The notes under the pieces: generated by a model
Seen by the model: the letters and a program-made list of their open reading frames with translations, nothing else
Told to the model about the DNA's origin: nothing
The model's database searches: none
IMG/VR virus record: IMGVR_UViG_3300020465_000011
Span: 4,482-68,481 of that record
Direction: 5' to 3' (one strand)
Source: a virus
Length of the DNA: 64,000 nt
Shown here: one piece after another, positions 49,874 to 58,751 of the stretch
Position numbering within the stretch: the stretch's first letter is position 1
How the letters are laid out: each line of letters opens with the position of its first letter
Made by a program: the position numbers and the translations under genes

Positions 49874-50723
49874 TGTCGGGTCTCCATATTCCGTATTCTT
49901 TTGTCAGACGATGCTCTCCTATTAAAAGTGTATTGTCGTCTATTAGTTTTATATCCCACAGCATGTCAATGTCATTCAACATGCCTTCTCTGTGTATTGC
50001 ATCAAAATAACTTAAATGCCATACAGCTATTTTAAATCTATTTTCGCCCCAAGTATTAAGTTTTTTATGATACTTTCTTATACCATTAAATACTGGCATG
50101 TTGTGTGGATTACAGTCATTACGCCATAGTTCCATCCATTCGTATACAGTATGGAATGATGGGTGTGTAAAGTTAGGAAAACATGCTTCTATCTTTTCAG
50201 CAGTATCACATATTTCATAATCCCAATCCTTATAAAATTTATAATTTACTTGAGCATAGTCAATATACACAAAAGGCAACTCGTCCAGTGGCTCTGCTAA
50301 AAACATAATAGCATAACTTTTATCACTACCTGGATGGCAGTTAATGGCCGGGTAACCAAAACTTAACATTTGTACAGGTGCAGTTATTTTACCTTGACGG
50401 TTGATATCTTGAGTAAGCCAGTAGATCTTAAATAACTTATATAGTGCTAGTAGATCTGGATCGCCATCTGCGTGAACATACATTGGTCCAATTTTGCAAA
50501 AAAGTTCTTTCTTAGATCTATCTACACGTAAAAAGTTATCAATTATACGAGAAAAATCATTAAGAACTCGCATACCATTATTAGACAATACATCATAGAA
50601 TACTTGACTAGATATAGAACCTCGTATATAATAAGCATTATGTGTGGTCTCAGACCAATCTATAAAATGTTGCAAATACGAACGTTTTTCACTGAGATCT
50701 GTGCTTTGGTTAAAACTACGCAT
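49797..50723 (-). CDS. Hypothetical protein with HPGSD motif
   Basis: INRQGKITAPVQ...NCHPGSDK, similar to 48390-49166. Confidence 0.5.
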   Translation of the reverse strand: MRSFNQSTDLSEKRSYLQHFIDWSETTHNAYYIRGSISSQVFYDVLSNNGMRVLNDFSRIIDNFLRVDRSKKELFCKIGPMYVHADGDPDLLALYKLFKIYWLTQDINRQGKITAPVQMLSFGYPAINCHPGSDKSYAIMFLAEPLDELPFVYIDYAQVNYKFYKDWDYEICDTAEKIEACFPNFTHPSFHTVYEWMELWRNDCNPHNMPVFNGIRKYHKKLNTWGENRFKIAVWHLSYFDAIHREGMLNDIDMLWDIKLIDDNTLLIGEHRLTKEYGIWRPDNGNFNAIYNPVSPIDKYTPYSSHWF

Positions 50724-50749
50724 ATAATTAGTTATGATAGGAGAAACAC
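50724..50749. promoter_or_regulatory. Compact divergent promoter region
   Basis: 26 bp between divergent ATGs; minus strand TAACTA-N5-ATG; plus strand TAATTA then AGGAG RBS. Confidence 0.45.
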
Positions 50750-51454
50750 ATGCTAGACGTCTTTTATATTAGCTACAACGAAGACTTTGCTGATGAGAAT
50801 TATGAAATGCTGAAAGTCTTTGCTCCACTTGCTCAACGAGTGCATGGTGTTAAAGGAATATTTCAAGCACACAAACAGGCGGCACAAAAAGCAAAAACAT
50901 CTCATTTTTATGTAGTTGATGCTGATGCTGTGATTGAAGAAGAGTTTAAATTTAAGTTTACTCCTAGTAAATATAAAGAAGCATATCCTAATGTACCTGA
51001 ATCTGAGTGTGTGTTTACATGGCGTTCACGTAATCCTATAAATGATTTAATATACGGATATGGAGCAGTTAAGTTATTTCCTAAGAAACCCTTCTTAGAA
51101 CTTACTGACTGGAGTGTAGATATGACAACTAGTATTGGCTGTCCGTTTGTACCAAAGTTCCAAATAAGTAATGTTACAGCCTTTAATACAGATCCTTTTA
51201 ATACATGGAAAAGTGCGTTTAGGGAGTGTGTTAAACTCAGCAGTAATATTATAGATAACAACGATAATATAGATGATGAATATAGACTTAAAGTTTGGTG
51301 TGCTAGAGGAGAAAAGCGACAGTACGGAGAGTATTCAATACTAGGTGCTCAACAAGGTGCAGACTTTGGAAATTCATATCGCGGTGATAAAGACGCATTA
51401 AAAATGATCAACGACTTTGATTGGTTAGCAAAGAAATTTGACGAAGCAGTATAA
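50750..51454 (+). CDS. Phage glycosyltransferase, paralog of 30519
   Basis: FYISYNE, AHKQAA, VDADA, NPINDLIYGYGAVKLFP, WKSAFRECVKL. Confidence 0.7.
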   Translation: MLDVFYISYNEDFADENYEMLKVFAPLAQRVHGVKGIFQAHKQAAQKAKTSHFYVVDADAVIEEEFKFKFTPSKYKEAYPNVPESECVFTWRSRNPINDLIYGYGAVKLFPKKPFLELTDWSVDMTTSIGCPFVPKFQISNVTAFNTDPFNTWKSAFRECVKLSSNIIDNNDNIDDEYRLKVWCARGEKRQYGEYSILGAQQGADFGNSYRGDKDALKMINDFDWLAKKFDEAV

Positions 51455-52410
51455 TGGAATACAATTATTATTCACAAGACAAAGTAGACGAAATAGCTAA
51501 AAAGTATCATTGGGTTAATGGTCTAGATGAATATTTAATACGTACTGGCTCTAAGCATTTAGATAAGTTTACTACTTTTCGTAATGCAATATTTTATGGC
51601 AATCCTTATAAAATAAAAGAATTACTATTAGATGAAATAAATCGCGGTCCTAATACATTAACTGAAGAATTTGTCAATATTATATTACATGGACACATTG
51701 ACTGGACTAAATGGATTAATCATAAAAAATTAATTAATTATTTTGCATATTGTATTGACGAGCCGTTATTTGCAATTATTAATAGCTGGAGCGATCGCTA
51801 TGGAGGTGATGTTGTTAATATCAATGATCACTTTAGCAGAGGACAAATGCAAAGTAAAATGTGGATGTTAGATGAACTTACTAATATTGTAGAAGAAGGC
51901 AATATGGGTAATGTGCTTATGTACGGTGGTTGGTATAATACATTTGCGTATTTCTTATTTGAACGTTTTAATGTTAAACAAATCTATAGTTTAGATCTAG
52001 ATCCTAACTGTTGGGAAATAGCTGATAACTTTAATGCTGAACATTGTTATAAACAAAATTGGAAATTTAAAGCCGCCACAGCAGATGTAAATGCATTAGA
52101 ATGGAGTACTGATCGTACAGTATCGTTTGATGTTGATAGACCTAATTTAAAACCTACTTCTATTACATATAGACCTAACATTATTATTAATACAAGTTGT
52201 GAACATATGAGCGATGAATGGTTTTATAATTTGCCAAAAGGCATGCCTGTGTGTTTGCAAACAAATGATTATTTTAAGAATGATCAACATACTAATTGTG
52301 TAAGCAGTATAGCAGAAGCTAAAAAGAAATATAAATTCAGTGAATATGTTTATGCAGGAGAATTAGAAACATTCTTATACAAAAGGTTTACTTTAATTGG
52401 AATTGTTTGA
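51454..52410 (+). CDS. Class I SAM-dependent methyltransferase-like protein
   Basis: SKMW, VLMYGGWY, SLDLD, INTSCEH, LQTNDY. Confidence 0.65.
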   Translation: MEYNYYSQDKVDEIAKKYHWVNGLDEYLIRTGSKHLDKFTTFRNAIFYGNPYKIKELLLDEINRGPNTLTEEFVNIILHGHIDWTKWINHKKLINYFAYCIDEPLFAIINSWSDRYGGDVVNINDHFSRGQMQSKMWMLDELTNIVEEGNMGNVLMYGGWYNTFAYFLFERFNVKQIYSLDLDPNCWEIADNFNAEHCYKQNWKFKAATADVNALEWSTDRTVSFDVDRPNLKPTSITYRPNIIINTSCEHMSDEWFYNLPKGMPVCLQTNDYFKNDQHTNCVSSIAEAKKKYKFSEYVYAGELETFLYKRFTLIGIV

Positions 52411-53002
52411 TAAATGGCCTATAGGCAGAGATGCTCATCTTGCTGGGCAATCAGAAACTGTAGATGGTACTGTTTATAACTATAACAATTTAGGCTGGCG
52501 TGATGCAGAGTTTACAGGTGAAATAGGTATAGTAGGAGATAGTTTTGTTTTTGGAATAGGTACTACTCATGCATTCCCACATATACTTAAAGTAGACAAT
52601 TTGGGCATGCCTTCTGCTAGTAACGATAGAATAGTTAGACATGCAATACAGTATATTAGAAACTATGAACCACATACTGTTATTGTGTGTTGGACATACG
52701 GATACAGAAGAGAATGGATTAAACCCTCCGGGGCACCATATAACTTTAAACGTTTAAACAAAGAATTGAAGCCTATAGACGAGCACCTAGCTGAGTTACA
52801 AAATCATGAATATGACAATTATAATTATTATAAAAACAAATTATTAATTGAATCGTTTTGTGCAGTAAATAAAGTTAAGTTAATACAAATAGATAACCAT
52901 TATATTCCAAATGACGCTGAAGGAACAGATAATAAGCACCCAGGACAAAACTGGCACAATAGAATGGCTAAAGAAGTAAAGAAATTAATTAATGCTGAAT
53001 AA
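52397..53002 (+). CDS. SGNH/GDSL hydrolase-like protein
   Basis: N..GWRD, GDSFVFG, NLGMPSASND, D..HPG. Confidence 0.7.
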   Translation: MELFDKWPIGRDAHLAGQSETVDGTVYNYNNLGWRDAEFTGEIGIVGDSFVFGIGTTHAFPHILKVDNLGMPSASNDRIVRHAIQYIRNYEPHTVIVCWTYGYRREWIKPSGAPYNFKRLNKELKPIDEHLAELQNHEYDNYNYYKNKLLIESFCAVNKVKLIQIDNHYIPNDAEGTDNKHPGQNWHNRMAKEVKKLINAE

Positions 53003-53255
53003 TGTAAGTTGGGGAGCAAATAAATTAACTGTAGAAGATTTATCTACACGACAGTTACAACGTGAAAGCTCTAGAGCTTTGGCTAGTGGTGCTATTGTTG
53101 CCACGTCTGCAAACCTAACTAAGTATAACAAACAGGCTCCTCATAACAGTCATCTATGGTATAGAGCTGTTATTGAAGATTATGTAAAACAATACGGTGG
53201 CTTGCCAAGTAAAACAGGCCCTGGACAAAGTGTAAAACTGATACTGGAGGAATAA
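52992..53255 (+). CDS. Hypothetical protein
   Basis: Overlaps both neighbours; ends with the GGAGG RBS of the next gene. Confidence 0.55.
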   Translation: MLNNVSWGANKLTVEDLSTRQLQRESSRALASGAIVATSANLTKYNKQAPHNSHLWYRAVIEDYVKQYGGLPSKTGPGQSVKLILEE

Positions 53256-53926
53256 TGAATAGAAAAATACGTGACGCACTAGAAATGTTTTGTGTAGAAA
53301 CGTTTGGCACTCAACCAAATTTAGATGAGCTAGAACCGTTAGTTAATATGTTAGACAAACATGTATTAACAAGGTATTTTGGCAATGAAGGTAATTGGAA
53401 GCCAGATAATAAAAGATTTACAGCAAGTGGTAGTGATTTAATTGCCAAGGTAAATGCATTAAACCCTGAACGGGTACTAGATATAGGCTGTGGATACAAC
53501 TTACTTAAAGGAAAGATACTAAATCTATGGGGTATAGATCCATACAATAGTAATGCGGATCAAATGATAGACATTATGGATATGGAAAACATATATGATG
53601 TTAAAACTGGCAGATATGGTTATGATGTAGTATTATGTTTAGGTAGTATTAACTTTGGTAGCGAAGAAGATATTAAAGAAAAAATAGCAAAAGCAGTAAG
53701 TCTATGTCGACTTGACGGACATATTTTTTGGAGGGTTAACCCAGGTATAACACATACAAAAGATGATGCTGAATGGATAGACTTCTTTGAATGGTCACCC
53801 GAAAAGTTAGAAGCGTTTGCAGAGCAACACGATTGCGATTGCGTCGATGTACAAAAGGATCGTTGGCGTGACGATGACCAAGGATTAAGATATTATGCTC
53901 ATTGGATTCGGCGAAGAAGTATATAA
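53255..53926 (+). CDS. Class I SAM-dependent methyltransferase
   Basis: VLDIGCG, GIDP, LCLGSINFG. Confidence 0.82.
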   Translation: MNRKIRDALEMFCVETFGTQPNLDELEPLVNMLDKHVLTRYFGNEGNWKPDNKRFTASGSDLIAKVNALNPERVLDIGCGYNLLKGKILNLWGIDPYNSNADQMIDIMDMENIYDVKTGRYGYDVVLCLGSINFGSEEDIKEKIAKAVSLCRLDGHIFWRVNPGITHTKDDAEWIDFFEWSPEKLEAFAEQHDCDCVDVQKDRWRDDDQGLRYYAHWIRRRSI

Positions 53927-55229
53927 ACAAGAACCATTTCCATACAGAATATGGGAAGGTAATTTTCTACCCAATGATTTGTATAAAGAATTAAAGCAGT
54001 TAGTTTATGAATTTGAACCAACTAAAGAAACTTTATTAAATGCAAATGAAGATGTGTATCCATATGGGCAAACACATCTTTGTCCTAATTTAAATGGTTT
54101 TAGAGATTTATGGATTATGCCAGAGCATAAAAATTGGTTAGCAGATAAAATATCATGGCCAAAAAATATTACACCAATTATTGATGTAAGTATGCATATA
54201 GACAGTGAAGGGTTTTATCAAAAAGCACACAGAGATTTAAAACCTACACAAAGCCCTGCAGGATATGGAACATTACAAATATATTTTGGTAATGAAGAAG
54301 ATGAAACAACAGGCGCCTGGGTATTGGACGATGAACACAATAAAATAGAACAAGTGCCTTATGCAGAAAATACAGCATGGGCATTTTTAGCAACAAGGAA
54401 TAGTTGGCATAGTGTAGATACTATTAATAAACCTATTAATAGACGCAGTATCATGATTAATGTACGAGGCGATCTAAGTAATCGTAGTACTACAAAAACA
54501 ACTAATTTTAATTTTGTTAAACATAATCCTAGGAAATGGAAATCATTTAGAGATCATACTCGAGTAGATTTTTGTATTACAACGTATTGTCAAAGTAAAT
54601 GTCCTACTTGTCCTAGAACTAATGCAGAAACACTTGAACTAGCAGAGTTTATAACATTACAACACATGCCTTATTCAGTTTGGTATGGTGTTATGGACAA
54701 AGTTGATTGGAGTAGAAAAGAAATACAGTTTTGTGGTGAACATGGTGATCCAATGATGCACCCTGATATAGAAAAGTTTATATTATCAAGTGCAGAACGT
54801 GCATGGCTAACTACAGTAAATACAAACGGAGCTCTTCGTAATAAAAAATGGTATGAAGAAATATACGATAAAGTAGAAGATTGTGATTACGGAGAATTAA
54901 GTTTTGTATTTGCCATTGATGGATTAACACAAGAAACAAATGAAAAATATAGAATAGATGTTAATTTTAAAAAAGCCTGGGAAAATTTCATGACAGTAGC
55001 AGAAAATCATAGTAGACTAACATATTGGGACTTTCTAGTATTTGAGCATAACTGGCATGAATTAGAAGAAGTTATACGCATTGCAAGAGACCTAGAAGTT
55101 AACTTAGATATTAAAGTTAACAGAGGAGATTATCAATGTTTAAAAAGCAACGAAGGTAAACAACACGTAAAAAACATATTAGGTATAGATGTAGATGCTG
55201 AAGGACAACAAATAGGCAAACTACAATGA
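53895..55229 (+). CDS. 2OG-Fe(II) oxygenase - radical SAM fusion protein
   Basis: N-half HRD...SWHSV...RRS; C-half CQSKCPTCPR, CGEHGDP, FAIDGL. Confidence 0.8.
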   Translation: MLIGFGEEVYKQEPFPYRIWEGNFLPNDLYKELKQLVYEFEPTKETLLNANEDVYPYGQTHLCPNLNGFRDLWIMPEHKNWLADKISWPKNITPIIDVSMHIDSEGFYQKAHRDLKPTQSPAGYGTLQIYFGNEEDETTGAWVLDDEHNKIEQVPYAENTAWAFLATRNSWHSVDTINKPINRRSIMINVRGDLSNRSTTKTTNFNFVKHNPRKWKSFRDHTRVDFCITTYCQSKCPTCPRTNAETLELAEFITLQHMPYSVWYGVMDKVDWSRKEIQFCGEHGDPMMHPDIEKFILSSAERAWLTTVNTNGALRNKKWYEEIYDKVEDCDYGELSFVFAIDGLTQETNEKYRIDVNFKKAWENFMTVAENHSRLTYWDFLVFEHNWHELEEVIRIARDLEVNLDIKVNRGDYQCLKSNEGKQHVKNILGIDVDAEGQQIGKLQ

Positions 55230-55555
55230 AAAAAGTAATATGTGAAGCAATGAAAGGCAAAGAAATTGATATTGACATTAATTTTAAGATGTGGCCTTGT
55301 TGTATGTACCAAAATATCTTTGCTGAGTTTAAGAAAACTGGCGATCCGTATATAGATAGTTTGCCTAGCGATTGGAATGATGTAAGAGTACATGGTATAG
55401 ATACAGTATTAAGACATTATGCATATACAGATCACTTTAATGATAAAAGTTGGACAGACGAGAAAAAGTGTTCACCTGTGTGTTATGAAAAGTGTGCAGA
55501 AGGCGGAGAAATGCATTTAAATCATGCACCTATTAATCTAAATGATGAAAAATAA
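55226..55555 (+). CDS. Stand-alone twitch/SPASM Fe-S domain
   Basis: VIC..KEIDID..MWPCC...CSPVCYEKC; mirrors the C-terminus of 39322-40479. Confidence 0.75.
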   Translation: MKKVICEAMKGKEIDIDINFKMWPCCMYQNIFAEFKKTGDPYIDSLPSDWNDVRVHGIDTVLRHYAYTDHFNDKSWTDEKKCSPVCYEKCAEGGEMHLNHAPINLNDEK

Positions 55556-56429
55556 AGAATTACAAGCGAACGCACCAATTCGCGAAATGGGGAAATATAG
55601 ATTTATTGATAAGCGAGATATTACATCTCGTTTTGATTTACCTCAATGGTGGCGTTTACCTGAAAAAGTAAGATGGTCTCATACAGCTCGTAACTATAGA
55701 AAAAGTTATGATGCATGGACAGCAGAGTTTACATTTGATACACGCAAATATAGTGGACAATGGTTAGTAGATTATATTAATGCACGTGGTCCAAATGATT
55801 TAGTATTAGATGTAGGATGCGGATCAAATCCTTACAAAGGTAAGATTAAAAACTTAGTAGGTATGGAGCCAGGCGATTGGGGCAGTAAAGATTTACAATG
55901 GAATATTATGGACCATATATCTAAGTACTTAGAAGATAACAAATGGGATTGGTTACTTGCAATAGGACCACTTAATCATGGCGACACACATGAAATAGAA
56001 GAAATGCTTAGTACCATGCATGGTTGTCTTAGACCTGGCGGCAAGCTAGTCGGATTAGTTAAACCTGCTAATTGGGCACATTTAAAAGTTGACCCATGGA
56101 GAGAAAATAGAGGATTGTGTTATCCATGGCTTAAAGAAAGTATATATAAGTTTGCTGAAAGATGTGATTATGAACCAGATATGGAACCTGTGTTAGACGG
56201 AACAGATTTAGGCACACTTACTGATGAAAAATTAGAAAAGTTAGCAAGTATAGAACCATGGGAACATACAATAAACGGAGCACCTCCAGTGGAGACTGAA
56301 GTGCAAGACGGAGACATGTACTCGCAATGGGAAGCAGTACAACGAGAAATAAAACGCAGGAAAGACACACCAGACGAACCAAGTGAAATTATAAGACAAC
56401 GTTGGTTCTGGATATGGAGTAAAAGATGA
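55542..56429 (+). CDS. Class I SAM-dependent methyltransferase
   Basis: VLDVGCG, AIGPLNHG, LRPGG. Confidence 0.8.
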   Translation: MMKNKELQANAPIREMGKYRFIDKRDITSRFDLPQWWRLPEKVRWSHTARNYRKSYDAWTAEFTFDTRKYSGQWLVDYINARGPNDLVLDVGCGSNPYKGKIKNLVGMEPGDWGSKDLQWNIMDHISKYLEDNKWDWLLAIGPLNHGDTHEIEEMLSTMHGCLRPGGKLVGLVKPANWAHLKVDPWRENRGLCYPWLKESIYKFAERCDYEPDMEPVLDGTDLGTLTDEKLEKLASIEPWEHTINGAPPVETEVQDGDMYSQWEAVQREIKRRKDTPDEPSEIIRQRWFWIWSKR

Positions 56430-56438
56430 GAGAGGTAA

Positions 56439-56813
56439 ATGAATCAACTAGTACCGGTTAAAAAAGGAGCATTAGTTCCTATTAAACAAAATAAACAACC
56501 AGTTACACCATTCTTATTAGTAACAGAAAAGACAGAGTTTAAAACAAGAGAAGAAGTTAAGCGACGTTTACCAGACATCTGTGGAATAGCACTAGCCCGT
56601 AGTTGGCACGATAAAGAATATCATAACAAATTAAAATCAGATATTTATAATACATTTAAAGAAGGTGGAGTAATACTACCAGACAGTATGGTACTAGAAT
56701 TTGAAAAAACAAGTGGCCAGAGAGCCAAGATTACAGTTTATGAAGTAATGTCTGAAAGTAACTTTAAGATTAAAGTTTGTAGTCTTAGTTTAAACATGAT
56801 AGCACAGAGGTAA
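56439..56813 (+). CDS. Nitrile hydratase alpha/NHLP leader-like protein
   Basis: ALARSWHDKEYHNKLKSD....KEGGVILPDSMVL matches ARAWxDxxF...L..D.......G..LP; GAGG RBS. Confidence 0.6.
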   Translation: MNQLVPVKKGALVPIKQNKQPVTPFLLVTEKTEFKTREEVKRRLPDICGIALARSWHDKEYHNKLKSDIYNTFKEGGVILPDSMVLEFEKTSGQRAKITVYEVMSESNFKIKVCSLSLNMIAQR

Positions 56814-56817
56814 AGAT

Positions 56818-56973
56818 ATGAATACAATATTAAAAATACAAGCAATTATAATAGCAACATTAGTTATAATATATTTGTTAGGTTCATTAGCATATATGGG
56901 AATGGATTTAGAAATGATGTCCACAGATTATGAAATGGAAAAAGTAATGGCACAGAGGTTATATGACAACTGA
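56818..56973 (+). CDS. 51-aa single-TM protein (not in ORF track)
   Basis: MNTILKIQAIIIATLVIIYLLGSLAYMGMDLEMMSTDYEMEKVMAQRLYDN; GAGG RBS; fills intergenic gap. Confidence 0.6.
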   Translation: MNTILKIQAIIIATLVIIYLLGSLAYMGMDLEMMSTDYEMEKVMAQRLYDN

Positions 56974-57895
56974 TTCAGAAAACTACATGAATACTATGTC
57001 ACCGGTCAAACCTAAATTTGATCCAGAAGAAGTAGCCAATTGGCCTAGAGAACGTAGACTAGAACAGTTACGTGAACATTTTAGTACAGGACATAGTGAT
57101 ATTATACGTACTACTTCACATACTAAAACAGGAAGTGGCTTTCCAGCCGCCGAAATAATTAACGCAATGAATCCAGACCTTGTATTGGATTTAGGTTGTG
57201 GTTTTAGTTTATTTAAAGAACACATACAGAATTTAATCGGAGTCGATTTATTGCCGTACGGTGATAGAGTTGATCTAGTAATGGATTGTGATGATGCACT
57301 TCGATTATTCAAAGACAACAGCGTAGATGCAATACGCTGTGTAGGACCTTTTAACTTTGGCACACAAGAAGAACAAGAAGAACTTATCGGCTTGTGTTTT
57401 GCTAAGTTAAAGCCAGGAGGTCTAGTTTGTGGACATGCTCGCCCCGGTCGCCTCAGCGATGCAACAGGATTTAATGCAAGGGGCATTATACACTATCCAT
57501 GGACAAGGACCGCGGTACATGATTTTACCAGCCTGTTTAGCTGGGAACTTTGTGACCCGCATCTTAGCGTACCAGACTGGCAAAAAACTAGTAGTCATAG
57601 CTCTCCAATTATTACTGAATGGACAGATCTTAGACAACTAGGTTGGCCACAGTTAAAAGATTACTTAAAGCGTTTTAATCCAGATGCTACACCTATTGAT
57701 GATTTTAATAAATGGTTAGATAGAGAACAAGACAATAGCGATATGTTAGATCCATTAGAGTATCAAGAAGGATTAGATCAAGCATTTGTTAAATGCCAAA
57801 ATGAATGGTATAGGCGAATGAAAGACGAACGTTATGACAGGCACATGCATGATGGTGTTAGGCCTCGTTATAATTGGTGGTGGAGGAAACCCTAA
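56963..57895 (+). CDS. Class I SAM-dependent methyltransferase
   Basis: VLDLGCG, GVD, CVGPFNFG, LKPGG. Confidence 0.82.
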   Translation: MTTDSENYMNTMSPVKPKFDPEEVANWPRERRLEQLREHFSTGHSDIIRTTSHTKTGSGFPAAEIINAMNPDLVLDLGCGFSLFKEHIQNLIGVDLLPYGDRVDLVMDCDDALRLFKDNSVDAIRCVGPFNFGTQEEQEELIGLCFAKLKPGGLVCGHARPGRLSDATGFNARGIIHYPWTRTAVHDFTSLFSWELCDPHLSVPDWQKTSSHSSPIITEWTDLRQLGWPQLKDYLKRFNPDATPIDDFNKWLDREQDNSDMLDPLEYQEGLDQAFVKCQNEWYRRMKDERYDRHMHDGVRPRYNWWWRKP

Positions 57896-58116
57896 TGTAC
57901 ACAGTAGAATTTGAACATGACACATTTGAAATTGTAGTATTATGTGATCAAGGAACCGATGACGATTTAAAAGTTGAAATAGAAAGTGATGCAGTTTTTA
58001 TTTCACAATGGAATAGTGTATTAAATGAAGAACAGAATATACGTATTTCGCCACAGATGTGGGACGAACTGTTATCAGCAGTTAAAAGTCCAGAAGGAGC
58101 ATACATAAAAAGGTGA
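57895..58116 (+). CDS. Small acidic hypothetical protein
   Basis: TAATG overlap with upstream stop; GGAGG RBS. Confidence 0.6.
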   Translation: MYTVEFEHDTFEIVVLCDQGTDDDLKVEIESDAVFISQWNSVLNEEQNIRISPQMWDELLSAVKSPEGAYIKR

Positions 58117-58751
58117 ACAACAAAGGTATAGTAAAACGTCTTAAAGAACGTTTCGAACAGGAACATGAAGTACGCAAACGTAGTCTTGCGTTACATAGAA
58201 CATTAAGCGGCCGCAAGTTAGCAGAAGAAATAACAGCAACTAATCCACAGTTAGTTTTAGATTTAGGTTGTGGTAGTAATGAGTTTAAAAAAGTTTGTCC
58301 TAATGTAATAGGAGTTGATGTAGCAGAACTACCCGACGTTGATTTTAAAATGAGTATACATCAACTACACCTTAAAAAAATGTTTAAGGAAAGAACTGCT
58401 GATTGGATATTGTGCTTTGGTCCTTTTAACTATGGAGGTGCTAGTTGGGCAACTGAAATAGGAAATTGTATGAGATATTATCTTGCTGAACATGGTACAG
58501 TAGTATGTCATGTACATCCAACTAATAGTGAAATAGATTGGACAGAAGAAAATATTAATATATGGGGTAAAGAGTTTGGATTTAAAACTACTAGTGTTGA
58601 AGTAGGATACACTGATATTATGACAATGTCAACCGAAGAATTAGATATACAACAAGAAGTAGCAGAACGCTCACCTGATATAGCATTAGAATTATCTTTG
58701 GGCAAAGATTTAATTAGACCAATGATAGTATGGAGATGGGAACACGAATGA
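58113..58751 (+). CDS. Class I SAM-dependent methyltransferase
   Basis: VLDLGCG, GVD, CFGPFNYG. Confidence 0.8.
   Translation: MNNKGIVKRLKERFEQEHEVRKRSLALHRTLSGRKLAEEITATNPQLVLDLGCGSNEFKKVCPNVIGVDVAELPDVDFKMSIHQLHLKKMFKERTADWILCFGPFNYGGASWATEIGNCMRYYLAEHGTVVCHVHPTNSEIDWTEENINIWGKEFGFKTTSVEVGYTDIMTMSTEELDIQQEVAERSPDIALELSLGKDLIRPMIVWRWEHE

Noticed and set aside
31519-58751. Classical RiPP cluster
   Set aside because: No precursor with a leader-core boundary, RRE/PqqD domain, peptidase or exporter is recognisable; only the leader-like orphan is kept as a finding
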